From Candidatus Woesebacteria bacterium (GTDB lineage Bacteria; Patescibacteriota; Microgenomatia; UBA8517), in assembly GCA_003484955.1 (NCBI GenBank), contig DMZH01000001.1, forward strand, positions 87,848-151,847: a stretch of DNA of 64,000 nucleotides. Direction: 5' to 3'. Shown here in pieces: positions 30,580 to 39,583 of this stretch. A program made the position numbers and the translations under genes. How positions within the stretch are numbered: position 1 is the stretch's first letter; each line of letters starts with the position of its first letter. The notes under the pieces were generated by a model, which searched no databases, was not told the DNA's origin, and saw nothing but the letters and a program-made list of their open reading frames with translations.

Positions 30580-31042
30580 TGAATTCTACTCTATTCGAGC
30601 CTGTGTCGAAAATTGCAAAATTATTTCCTGTAATTATTGCCCCGGGACGAATAATTTTAATTTGTGTTTCTTTGCTTTCATATTTTGAATGCAAATGACC
30701 ATTGATAATTAAATCAAGTTTTGTGTCCGAGAAATACTCTGTATTATTCGATGGTTTATGTGTAATTCCGATAGTTCTACCCCCACTTTTAAATATCAAA
30801 AAGTTTTCATCAAATTTTTCGCTCTTCACCCTTAACTGTTTACCTATCGTAGGATCGATATCAGCATTTCCCAGAACCGCATGAAGCGGAATTTCATACG
30901 ACAAAACTGTTTCAACAGATTCAAGATTGTTCCAGTCTCCTGCATGAATTACGGAAGTCACTCTGTATTTTTTTGCAAAACCCATCACATGATTCAAATT
31001 CGCAATGTTCCCGTGGGAATCGGAAATTATTAGGATCTTCAT
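30566..31042 (-). CDS. YfcE-like metallophosphoesterase
   Basis: MKILIISDSHGN...GDW...GHLH motif set. Confidence 0.75.
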   Translation of the reverse strand: MKILIISDSHGNIANLNHVMGFAKKYRVTSVIHAGDWNNLESVETVLSYEIPLHAVLGNADIDPTIGKQLRVKSEKFDENFLIFKSGGRTIGITHKPSNNTEYFSDTKLDLIINGHLHSKYESKETQIKIIRPGAIITGNNFAIFDTGSNRVEFIEDD

Positions 31043-31058
31043 ACGAAACTATTGTATA

Positions 31059-32105
31059 TTACTGAGGCAAAAATTCTTTAACATTTTGTGCGGTTACGTG
31101 CATACTTTGTGCTTTTCCTTCAACAATCATCTTGGCAACTTTTCTGACAACCCCATCGATATTTCGCTCCAATGTACGGATTCCGGCATCGTAGCCTAAT
31201 GGTCTAACTATGTTTGCCCAAACTTCATCATCAATTGTCAAAATTCCCTCAGAAAGCCCCGCCGCTTTCATTGACGCTGGCAGTACGTATCTTTGCGCAA
31301 TCGTTATTTTTTCCTGATCCGTATAGCTTGGCATGGAAATTGGCTCAAGCCTATCCATCACGGCTGTTGCAATATTTGTAGTGTTATTGGCAGTCGTAAT
31401 AAAAAGTGCCTCGGAAAGGTCAAACGGAAAGTCTATATAGTGATCGATAAAAGCGTAATTTTGTCTTGGATCCAAAAGCTCAACCAAAACTCCCATAATA
31501 GAACTTCTACCTTGGTCGGTTACCCTATCGATTTCATCAAGAAGTATTACCGGGTTTTTACTTTGGGTATCTCTTAAAGCCTTAATTATTTTCCCGGGTT
31601 CTGCTTCGGGGTGCATTCTACTTTGGCCCCGAAGATCAAGCGGATCTCCCATGCCTCCGAAAGGAATACGTGCGATTGGTCTACCCAGTGCTTCAGCAAT
31701 CGAATAGGCAATTGTAGTTTTTCCGGTTCCAACTAGTCCCACAAAACAAAGAATGGGGGCACGGTAGACATCGGCCCCTTCTCCTTTTTCTTGCTTGAGC
31801 TTCATCACACTCATATATTCCAAAATACGTGTTTTTATGTCAGTTAACCCAAAGTGGTGAGTCTCTAAAATCGCCTTGGCCTTTTCAAGGTCCAGTGTAT
31901 CCTGAGTTCTTTTGTTCCAAGGTAAAGTTGTAATCCAATCAATATATTTTTCCATTCTGTCGAATTCGGGTAAAAACGACGGAGAATTTGTAAGCTTGGA
32001 GAGTTGATTCAGACGAACCAAAACCAGTTCACGAAGTTTGTCCGGCAAGGAGACACTTTTAACTCTATCAATTAAAACAGAAATTTCCTGGGCAGCAGAA
32101 TCCAT
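31059..32105 (-). CDS. Lon-type AAA+ ATPase module without N-domain and without protease domain
   Basis: Aligns to the Lon helical linker + AAA+ region (YIDWITTLPWNKRT..., ILCFVGLVGTGKTT Walker A, VILLDEIDRV Walker B, LLDPRQNYAFIDHYIDFPFDLSEALFITTAN). ORF ends where the Lon protease domain would begin. Flanking genes are unrelated. Confidence 0.7.
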   Translation of the reverse strand: MDSAAQEISVLIDRVKSVSLPDKLRELVLVRLNQLSKLTNSPSFLPEFDRMEKYIDWITTLPWNKRTQDTLDLEKAKAILETHHFGLTDIKTRILEYMSVMKLKQEKGEGADVYRAPILCFVGLVGTGKTTIAYSIAEALGRPIARIPFGGMGDPLDLRGQSRMHPEAEPGKIIKALRDTQSKNPVILLDEIDRVTDQGRSSIMGVLVELLDPRQNYAFIDHYIDFPFDLSEALFITTANNTTNIATAVMDRLEPISMPSYTDQEKITIAQRYVLPASMKAAGLSEGILTIDDEVWANIVRPLGYDAGIRTLERNIDGVVRKVAKMIVEGKAQSMHVTAQNVKEFLPQ

Positions 32106-32149
32106 ACATTTATATTAACACGAAGTCTGTCTCTGAGAAGCCCTTTTCT

Positions 32150-34513
32150 TTAGAAATCTTTCTTTTCACTAACCAATCTTGAAGTTGGGAAATGGGGACC
32201 GCCTGCTCCACCATTTTCATCAGGTCTTGAAAATCCGGATCTGCTACCTCCACCCCTTGAGAATCCTCCTTCACGCCTAGGGCCACTAAATCCTCTGTCT
32301 CCACCCCTTGAAAAGCCGCCGCTTCTACTTCCGCCTCTTGAAAACCCACCACTTCTACCTCCACTAAATCCTCCCCGGCTACCACGATCTCCGCCAAATC
32401 CGCCATGAGGTCTTTCTTCTCTAGGTTTATCTTTTGTAGGATCCATATTCATAGAAAGGTTGATTCTTCCCTGATCATCAATTTCCTTAACCCTGACCTG
32501 AACTTTTTGGCCAACCTGGACAACATCCCCAGCATCCTTGACAAAACCTTCCTGACCCATATCTGTTACGTGCACCATTCCATCTTTTCCAGGTAAAATA
32601 TTGACGAATGCTCCGAAAGACATAAGTCTGACAACTTCTCCGTCGTAGATTTCACCAGCAACCACTTCCTTTGCAAAACCTTCAACCCAGGCAATAGCTT
32701 GCTGCATTTTTTCAGGGTCAACTCCTGAAACGCTTACTCCGCCATCATCATTTACGTCAACCTGAGTTCCTGTATCTGCCATCAATTTTTTAATATTCTT
32801 ACCTGATGGGCCAATAAATTCTCCAATTTTTTCTACGGGGATTTTAACTACTTTGATTTTGGGGGCATATTCCGAAACCGCTTTTCGTGATTCAGGAATA
32901 GTTTCCAAAATCTTTTTCATAATTTGATCTCTTGCATCTTTTGCTTGATCCAAAGCTTTTTCCAAAATGTTAAGCGTCAGGCTAAGAGTTTTGACATCCA
33001 TCTGGAGTGCTGTAATTCCCTTTTCTGTTCCCGCAACTTTAAAGTCCATGTCACCGTTAAAATCCTCAATACCCATCAAGTCCGTTAGAACCGCAAATTT
33101 TTCAGCGTCTTCAATGATAAGTCCCATGGCTATTCCGGCAACAGGAGCTTTAATTGGAACACCCGCATCCATCAAAGAAAGAGTAGACCCAACCACTGAA
33201 GCCATCGAAGTTGAACCGTTTGAACTCATTACTTCGGATACGACTCTTATCGCGTAAGGAAATTCCTCCTGGGAAGGAATAACGGGTACCAAAGCTCTTT
33301 CGGCAAGCATTCCATGTCCTATTTCACGTCTATTTGGAGATCCGACTCTTCCAGCTTCTCCTGTTGCATAGGGAGGCATAGAATAGTGGTGCATGTAGTG
33401 CTTTTCTTCCTCACCCTCGGCACTTTCCAAAAGCTGTCCCATGGATTCAGATCCAAGGGTGGCAACCGAAAGAACCTGGGTTTGACCCCTGGAGAAAAGT
33501 GCGCTGCCGTGGGTTCTTGGTAAAATTCCAACTTCACCCGTCAATTTTCGGAGCTCCGTTAATTTTCTGCCATCTGGTCTGATTCCTTTTTCCAAAATTT
33601 GCTCACGGATGTAGTCTTTCTTTAAATGGTCAACTATATCCAATACAAATTTCCTGTCCTCATCCTTTTCAAACTGATCTTTGATCGCGGCTATAAACTC
33701 TGCATACTCATCGGACGGCCCCTCGTGATTGGCCATGTTTTTAACAAGTCCGGCCATTTTGTCACCGACTAGTTTCTTGACTTGGCTTTCAAGATCAGCG
33801 CTTGGTTTTTCTTCTTTATAAACTTCACGCTTTACACCTTTTTCTTCAGCAATTTCCTCAATCAATTCAAGAACTGCTTTGCTTTCTTTTAATGCAAACT
33901 CAATTCCTTTAATGATTTGTGCCTCTGTTACTTCCTTTGCTCCTGCTTCAACCATAAGAACCGCTTCTTTTGTTGAGGATACGGTTAAGTCCATCGGAGA
34001 AGTTTCTAGATCGGTAGAAACGGGATTAACTAAATATTTGTCGTCCTTCATTCCAACCGTTAGAGGTGCAACAGGACCTTTCCAGGGAAGTGTTGAAAGA
34101 TGAATGGCCGCCGAAGCTGCAATAGCAGCTAAAATTTTAGGGTCATTTTCTCCGTCAACCGAAAGAACCATTACAATAAGTTGAACTTCTTTTTTGTAAG
34201 TTTTAGGGAAAAGAGGACGGATCGATCTATCGATAAGGCGCGCAGCTAAAATTTCTTCATCGGTGGGTCTGCCCTCGCGCTTTACCCATCGACTGCCTTT
34301 AATACGTCCGCCTGCATAAAGACGTTCCTGATATTCAACAGAAAGTGGAAAATAATCCATTTCCATTTTGAGAGGAGCTGCGGCGACTGTTGCCAACACA
34401 ACAGTATCGCCCATTCTGGCCATAACTTCACCAGATGCTTGTTCTGCTAAATTCCCTGTGGTTAAGGTAAGTGTACGCCCACCTAATTCGATGGACTTCT
34501 CAATTTTTTTCAT
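32150..34513 (-). CDS. pnp: Polynucleotide phosphorylase with C-terminal Gly/Arg-rich (RGG) tail
   Basis: Two RNase PH domains, KH and S1 domains, followed by ~90 aa of GGFSRGG repeats. Confidence 0.95.
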   Translation of the reverse strand: MKKIEKSIELGGRTLTLTTGNLAEQASGEVMARMGDTVVLATVAAAPLKMEMDYFPLSVEYQERLYAGGRIKGSRWVKREGRPTDEEILAARLIDRSIRPLFPKTYKKEVQLIVMVLSVDGENDPKILAAIAASAAIHLSTLPWKGPVAPLTVGMKDDKYLVNPVSTDLETSPMDLTVSSTKEAVLMVEAGAKEVTEAQIIKGIEFALKESKAVLELIEEIAEEKGVKREVYKEEKPSADLESQVKKLVGDKMAGLVKNMANHEGPSDEYAEFIAAIKDQFEKDEDRKFVLDIVDHLKKDYIREQILEKGIRPDGRKLTELRKLTGEVGILPRTHGSALFSRGQTQVLSVATLGSESMGQLLESAEGEEEKHYMHHYSMPPYATGEAGRVGSPNRREIGHGMLAERALVPVIPSQEEFPYAIRVVSEVMSSNGSTSMASVVGSTLSLMDAGVPIKAPVAGIAMGLIIEDAEKFAVLTDLMGIEDFNGDMDFKVAGTEKGITALQMDVKTLSLTLNILEKALDQAKDARDQIMKKILETIPESRKAVSEYAPKIKVVKIPVEKIGEFIGPSGKNIKKLMADTGTQVDVNDDGGVSVSGVDPEKMQQAIAWVEGFAKEVVAGEIYDGEVVRLMSFGAFVNILPGKDGMVHVTDMGQEGFVKDAGDVVQVGQKVQVRVKEIDDQGRINLSMNMDPTKDKPREERPHGGFGGDRGSRGGFSGGRSGGFSRGGSRSGGFSRGGDRGFSGPRREGGFSRGGGSRSGFSRPDENGGAGGPHFPTSRLVSEKKDF

Positions 34514-34521
34514 TTATTAAT

Positions 34522-34791
34522 TTATTTGTCTAATTTCAACTCTGTGAGGAGTTTCTTGTAGCGATCTTCGTCGCGCCTATGTAAGTAGCTTAGGAGTCTT
34601 CTCCTTTTGGCTACCATTGAAAGAAGCCCGCGACGGCTATGAACATCTTTTTTGTGTTCTTTAAGATGGGCAACTAATTTATCGATTTTGATTGAAAGAA
34701 GCGCAATTTGAACTTCGGGGGACCCTGTATCGCCCTTTTCCCGAGCAAATTTCTTTATTACGTCTACTTTTTCGTCTTTTGCTAATGCCAT
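34522..34791 (-). CDS. rpsO: 30S ribosomal protein S15
   Basis: GDTGSPEVQIALLS...HLKEHKKDVHSRRGLL is S15. Confidence 0.95.
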   Translation of the reverse strand: MALAKDEKVDVIKKFAREKGDTGSPEVQIALLSIKIDKLVAHLKEHKKDVHSRRGLLSMVAKRRRLLSYLHRRDEDRYKKLLTELKLDK

Positions 34792-34881
34792 ATTGTCATG
34801 TGGAACAAAGTAGGCTCATCTCAGAGCAAACCTTGTTAACGTCTTGGGTATCGTACCACACCTGAGTTCAAAACGCAAAGG

Positions 34882-35799
34882 TTAACTTACATTTGTCCCC
34901 TTAAAAATTTTTGGTTGAAGCCAATCGGAGGGCGGGTTCACTTCGGGTGTTTCCACTCCGGTTTCTGCCATTCCGGACTCTACTTGAGTTTCAATTTGGG
35001 CAATAGGTGTGACGGGTGTCTGAACAACCGGGGTGTTGAAAGGCTTTGTCGGAATTGCTCCGGGAGGAAAACCTACCGGGCTTAATTTCACTTTCGGTAT
35101 ACGCTGACCACCATTTCGCAAAAGATGTGCAAAAGTCTCAAAAGTATCAGGCGTTACTTCACTTGAGGCAAAATTGCTACTTCCCTCTTCAATTCCCATT
35201 ACCAAATTTGTCGCCACATCAGGGTCCATTGTTAAACCGTTCCCTTTAATTAAATTTGCAACTAATTCGCTCGTTGTTGCACTGGATTTTGCAAACGACA
35301 TTGTCTCACGCTTTGAGTCAAGAACACGGGTACCGATATGTGCAACTTTCGCATTTGCCAAATCCGGTGTCGCAAGAATCGGGAAGTGGGCATCCGTGGC
35401 TCCTCCGACTAAAATTACCAAATCAGCAGCAGTTCCTGAATAATCCATTATTATTTGTTCTTTCTGGGGTGCCACAAAACCCGTTTTAGGAGTAACTGTA
35501 AGCTTAAACTCACCACCATCTATATCGTAACCAACTTTATCGATATTGGTCGCCTCATAATTTACAAATCTAATTGCAAGGTTCTTTTTACTAAGCTCTG
35601 TTGAAATTTTATTAACTCCAATAAGCCTGCTAAAACCAACCATCATTGGGGTTGGACAAAAAATTGAAACATCCTTTCTCTCGTGAATCGAAAGATACAA
35701 AGAAAGTCCTGCAGCAACCTGATCAAAATAAGGCTTTGTAGGCAACACAATAAGTATCGAGGCGGCAGAATCAATAAGCGAAAGAAGAGAATTATCCAT
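34882..35799 (-). CDS. DHH-family phosphoesterase-like protein (NrnA position), catalytic DHH/DxD motifs apparently degenerate; P/T-rich C-terminus
   Basis: Sits between infB and rpsO, where rbfA/nrnA/truB normally lie. Overall layout suggests a DHH+DHHA1 fold, but no DHH triad or DGD motif was found (only TDAHF). Tentative. Confidence 0.35.
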   Translation of the reverse strand: MDNSLLSLIDSAASILIVLPTKPYFDQVAAGLSLYLSIHERKDVSIFCPTPMMVGFSRLIGVNKISTELSKKNLAIRFVNYEATNIDKVGYDIDGGEFKLTVTPKTGFVAPQKEQIIMDYSGTAADLVILVGGATDAHFPILATPDLANAKVAHIGTRVLDSKRETMSFAKSSATTSELVANLIKGNGLTMDPDVATNLVMGIEEGSSNFASSEVTPDTFETFAHLLRNGGQRIPKVKLSPVGFPPGAIPTKPFNTPVVQTPVTPIAQIETQVESGMAETGVETPEVNPPSDWLQPKIFKGTNVS

Positions 35800-37246
35800 T
35801 GCGCACGGATACTAACACATCACCTATAGCAAAATCAAGCTGGGGCTCAATTATTACTCCGAATTCTTCCGATTGCCCTACTGAAGCAACCTCTGCTTTT
35901 TGCTTCTTAACTGAAACAGCTTTACCTTTACCAATCTCTTTTGCATCACGGGTTAGTAGCAACATGTCTCCCTTTGTAATTCTGCCGTCGAGCACTTTGC
36001 AGCCAGCAACTTTTTTGTTGTTAAACGGAAAAATGGCTAAAACTTGTGCCCGACCAAGAATCTCGAGTCTTCCTTTCTTCAAAATTTCCTCTAACTTTTG
36101 CAAAAGTTCATAGATAATCTGGAACCTTTCAACTTTGACTTTTTCCGCCTCCGCAAGTTTAACTATATCTGTGGGAATTTTGGATTCAAAGGCCATTATA
36201 TAGGCGTTTCCTGTTTTAGCATCGATCACGTCTGAACTCGTTACTTCTCCCACCCCGCTTCCCACAACGACGATTTTTGGCGGAAGCGAAGCAATTATCG
36301 CCTCAAGAGATCCTGCATTATCGGCCTTAATAATCACCGGAATTTCGTCATCCTTCAAACGCCTCAGGTCAAAAACTCCCTTTACTTTTGGAGCTTCTTT
36401 GACAGCCGTGTGGGACTCTCTGGTAACCGAGGCTCCAACCGGAGGGACCACTGTAAATCCGAAAACCTTAGCGGCATTTCCCGGAAAAACTTCCTTAACC
36501 ACTTTTCCTTTATCATCAAAAATGGCTTTGACTTTGCACTCATTTTCTTCAGCAAAGATTGTTTCACCGAGTTTAAGACTTCCATTTCGCAGGACAACTG
36601 TGGCAACAGAACCCATCTTATCTCTTCCGGATTCAATAACTACGGCTTCAAGCGGTGCATTAAGATCCCCCTTAAGTTCAGCCACATCAGCCATAAGCGT
36701 TAGCATTTCCAGAAGCTCAGAAAGACCAATATTTGTTTTAGCCGAAACTGAAACGAATGGAGTATCCCCTCCACGTCCTTCAAAAAATACACTTTCTTTT
36801 TCAAGCTGACCCTTAAGAACTTCCGCACTCACTCCGGCAACATCAGCCTTTGTTCCGGCAACGACAAACTGTAAATTTGAATCTTTGATGATTTGAAGTG
36901 CTTCTTTCGTTTGCGGCTGTACCCCGTCATCTTGGGCAACCACCAAAACCGCAAAATCGGCAACTTTCGCTCCACGACTCCTCATTTTTCCAAAAGCGGC
37001 ATGGCCCGGAGTGTCTATGAAGACAAGGGATTTGTCTTCGCCAGATGCACTGGTAAAAGTAATCTTTGAGGCACCAATGCTTTGTGTAATTCCTCCGGCC
37101 TCCCGCGCCGTAACATTGGTTTTTCGAATCGCATCTAGCAGCGTAGTTTTTCCATGATCGACATGCCCCAATACCACCACGATAGGCGGTCGGCTATTTA
37201 ACTGTTTTTTATTTTTTTCCATAAATTTACATTGGTTTAGAACCAA
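35792..37246 (-). CDS. infB: Translation initiation factor IF-2, short form
   Basis: [19 protein letters not shown] and DTPGHAAF G-domain motifs. 484 aa; no long N-terminal region. Confidence 0.95.
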   Translation of the reverse strand: MVLNQCKFMEKNKKQLNSRPPIVVVLGHVDHGKTTLLDAIRKTNVTAREAGGITQSIGASKITFTSASGEDKSLVFIDTPGHAAFGKMRSRGAKVADFAVLVVAQDDGVQPQTKEALQIIKDSNLQFVVAGTKADVAGVSAEVLKGQLEKESVFFEGRGGDTPFVSVSAKTNIGLSELLEMLTLMADVAELKGDLNAPLEAVVIESGRDKMGSVATVVLRNGSLKLGETIFAEENECKVKAIFDDKGKVVKEVFPGNAAKVFGFTVVPPVGASVTRESHTAVKEAPKVKGVFDLRRLKDDEIPVIIKADNAGSLEAIIASLPPKIVVVGSGVGEVTSSDVIDAKTGNAYIMAFESKIPTDIVKLAEAEKVKVERFQIIYELLQKLEEILKKGRLEILGRAQVLAIFPFNNKKVAGCKVLDGRITKGDMLLLTRDAKEIGKGKAVSVKKQKAEVASVGQSEEFGVIIEPQLDFAIGDVLVSVRNG

Positions 37247-37343
37247 GAATTAAGTCTGCCTGCCGACAGGCAGGAATCTGGAAGCTGAAATCTGACTTAA
37301 GAAGATCTAAAATTGAAAATTACACTATTAGTTTTCATTTTAC

Positions 37344-38603
37344 TTAAGACTTCTTATCTTCGCTTCCATTTTCGGTTTCTTCAACAACTGCTTTCATTTC
37401 CGGCACTTTGATTTTTTCTTCAGGATTCACTTCTTCCTCTATTTCTCCCTGCCCTTCCAAAACTTCAGCGGATGAGGACTCTGTTTTTGCTTCCTTCGCC
37501 TTCTTGGCAATTTTTCTGGCTTTGGTCTTAGTAATTGTTTTAACAACAGGTGCAGGGGAGGGCTCTTCTACTTTCTCTTCAGGAACAGAAAGCGTACCGT
37601 TTCCTTCAACCTCAATTCTGAAACCTGTTAGTTTTGCCGTAAGACGAACATTTTGGCCATCTTTACCGATTGCCACGGAAAGCATGTCCTCGGGAGCAAA
37701 AACTTTGGCAATTTTTGTTTCATTATCAATTTCAACCGACATGTTTTCCGCAGGCGAAAGGGAGGCTTTGATAAGCTCGGTTAGATCATCGCTCCAAGGA
37801 ATTACATCAACTCTCTCTCCTCCAATCTCGTTAGTAACCGCTTGTACTCTGACTCCTTTTTGCCCAACACAGCTCCCAACAGGGTCCACTCCGGTTTGAC
37901 TTGAAAATACGGCTGCTTTTGTTCTAACACCGGCTTCTCTAGCAATCGCTTTAATCTCAACGGAACCTGATCCGATTTCGGGTACTTCTCTTGCGAAAAG
38001 TTTGGCTACAAATTCAGGAGCCGCACGCGACAGGAAAATCTCTTTTCCACGAGGTGTTTCATTAATGGCTTTTATGAGAAAGGTTAATCTCTGATTTAGG
38101 CTTAATCTTTCGTTTGGAATTCTATCCTCAGCCAGAAGTATTGCTTCGGTCCTACCCAGGTCCACCCTGACATTTGGACCATCAAATCTCAAAACAAGTC
38201 CTGAAACTAGCGATCCAACTCTCTCCTGGAATTCTTCCATGATGACTCCTTTTTCCGCTTCACGAATTTTTTGATGAATTACCTGTTTGGCAGTTTGAGC
38301 TGCGATTCTTCCAAAACCGGGTGGAGTTACATCTTTCTTTTCCTCTTTTGCTTTTTTAATTTCGGTTTCTGTTGCGTCTTCCGCGGGAAGAGGCCAAGCA
38401 AAAACTCTGGTTTCACCATTTACGGGATCGATTACTGCATCATAATCAAAAGTGTCAACCTCGATTCCTCCTTCTTTGGCGTCTCTTTTATAAGCCGCAA
38501 TAATTGCCTGCTTTATGGTTTCTAAAATCACGTCAGGATTAAGTCCCCTTTCGGCGGCTATAGCTTTAAGTGCTTGTGAAAATTCCGTTCTTGCTGTTGG
38601 CAT
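37344..38603 (-). CDS. nusA: Transcription termination/antitermination factor NusA
   Basis: N-terminal domain, S1 and KH domains. Acidic C-terminal tail. Directly upstream of infB. Confidence 0.9.
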   Translation of the reverse strand: MPTARTEFSQALKAIAAERGLNPDVILETIKQAIIAAYKRDAKEGGIEVDTFDYDAVIDPVNGETRVFAWPLPAEDATETEIKKAKEEKKDVTPPGFGRIAAQTAKQVIHQKIREAEKGVIMEEFQERVGSLVSGLVLRFDGPNVRVDLGRTEAILLAEDRIPNERLSLNQRLTFLIKAINETPRGKEIFLSRAAPEFVAKLFAREVPEIGSGSVEIKAIAREAGVRTKAAVFSSQTGVDPVGSCVGQKGVRVQAVTNEIGGERVDVIPWSDDLTELIKASLSPAENMSVEIDNETKIAKVFAPEDMLSVAIGKDGQNVRLTAKLTGFRIEVEGNGTLSVPEEKVEEPSPAPVVKTITKTKARKIAKKAKEAKTESSSAEVLEGQGEIEEEVNPEEKIKVPEMKAVVEETENGSEDKKS

Positions 38604-38614
38604 ATCTTTATATT

Positions 38615-38640
38615 AAAAAAGGCGGGCTTCTCTTCCCACC
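38615..38640 (-). terminator. Intrinsic terminator-like hairpin (GGUGGG-8 nt-CCCGCC) + UUUUUU, after dnaJ and 12 nt before nusA start
   Basis: Read from sequence: minus strand GGTGGGAAGAGAAGCCCGCCTTTTTT. Confidence 0.45.
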
Positions 38641-38700
38641 TCATTAAACGACCAATTTCCAAGTGCAAGTTTAGCTCAAGAGGTTATCGAAGTCAAACCT

Positions 38701-39573
38701 TTATAATTCGTTCTCTTTCATTTCTTCAATCAAATTTTTTTGTTCCTTATTTAATTTTTCAGGAACCAAAACATTGAGTCTTACATATTCATCCCCGCGT
38801 CCTCTGCCGTGAAGGTGGGCAACCCCACGTTCTCTTAAACGCATCATTGTTCCACTCTGGGTTCCTGGTCTGATTCTTAGTTTAATGTCTCCCTCAACTG
38901 TTGGAACTTCAATCTCACCGCCAAGTACTGCCAAGGAAAATGGGATGCCCATTGAAACATAGATATCATCATCCTGTCTCTCAAAAAGTTTATCCGGCTT
39001 GATGTTGATAGACAGAGTAAAATCGCCAAAGCTAATTCTTGCCCCTTCATAAATCCCTGCCGGAATCTTGATTTTTCTTTTTTTGCCGCCGATTGAAACT
39101 TCTTTGGAAACACCTTTAATAGCCTCCATAAAATTTATGGTCATTGAATATCGGGGCGTTTGTTGGGCTTTGCTTCGACCAAAAGGAGAACCACCGCCAA
39201 AAAATGATTCAAAAATATCAAACGGATCGCCAAAATTCATATTCCCGAAAGGGTTTTCACCGCCACTCGTATAAGTGTAAGTAAACGGTCCGCCCTGTCC
39301 GCCAAAACCTGCAAAAGGATTTCCACCGGGAGCTCCGCCGGGAGTAAAGGCGGCAGAACCGTATTGATCAAAAGCAGCTCTTTTTTGAGGATCAGAAAGA
39401 ACTTGATAGGCTTCGTTTATCTCTTTGAACCTTTTCTCCGCTGCTTCTTTATCATCTTTATGACGGTCAGGATGCCATTCCAAAGCCTGCTTTCTGTAAG
39501 CCTTTTTTATCTCATCAGCGGATGCACTTTTTGATATCCCGAGGATATCGTAATAATCAGTTTTTGTGGCCAT
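38701..39573 (-). CDS. dnaJ: DnaJ-family co-chaperone, class B (J domain + G/F region, no CxxCxGxG zinc finger)
   Basis: [33 protein letters not shown]-domain with HPD. G/F-rich linker. Last gene of the hrcA-grpE-dnaK operon. Confidence 0.8.
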   Translation of the reverse strand: MATKTDYYDILGISKSASADEIKKAYRKQALEWHPDRHKDDKEAAEKRFKEINEAYQVLSDPQKRAAFDQYGSAAFTPGGAPGGNPFAGFGGQGGPFTYTYTSGGENPFGNMNFGDPFDIFESFFGGGSPFGRSKAQQTPRYSMTINFMEAIKGVSKEVSIGGKKRKIKIPAGIYEGARISFGDFTLSINIKPDKLFERQDDDIYVSMGIPFSLAVLGGEIEVPTVEGDIKLRIRPGTQSGTMMRLRERGVAHLHGRGRGDEYVRLNVLVPEKLNKEQKNLIEEMKENEL

Positions 39574-39583
39574 TAAAATGAAG

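Noticed and set aside
32110-32406. 98-aa minus-strand ORF overlapping the pnp 3' end
   Set aside because: It is an alternate-frame reading of the GGN/AGA-rich repeat region that encodes the PNPase RGG tail. The pnp frame continues in frame from the S1 domain.
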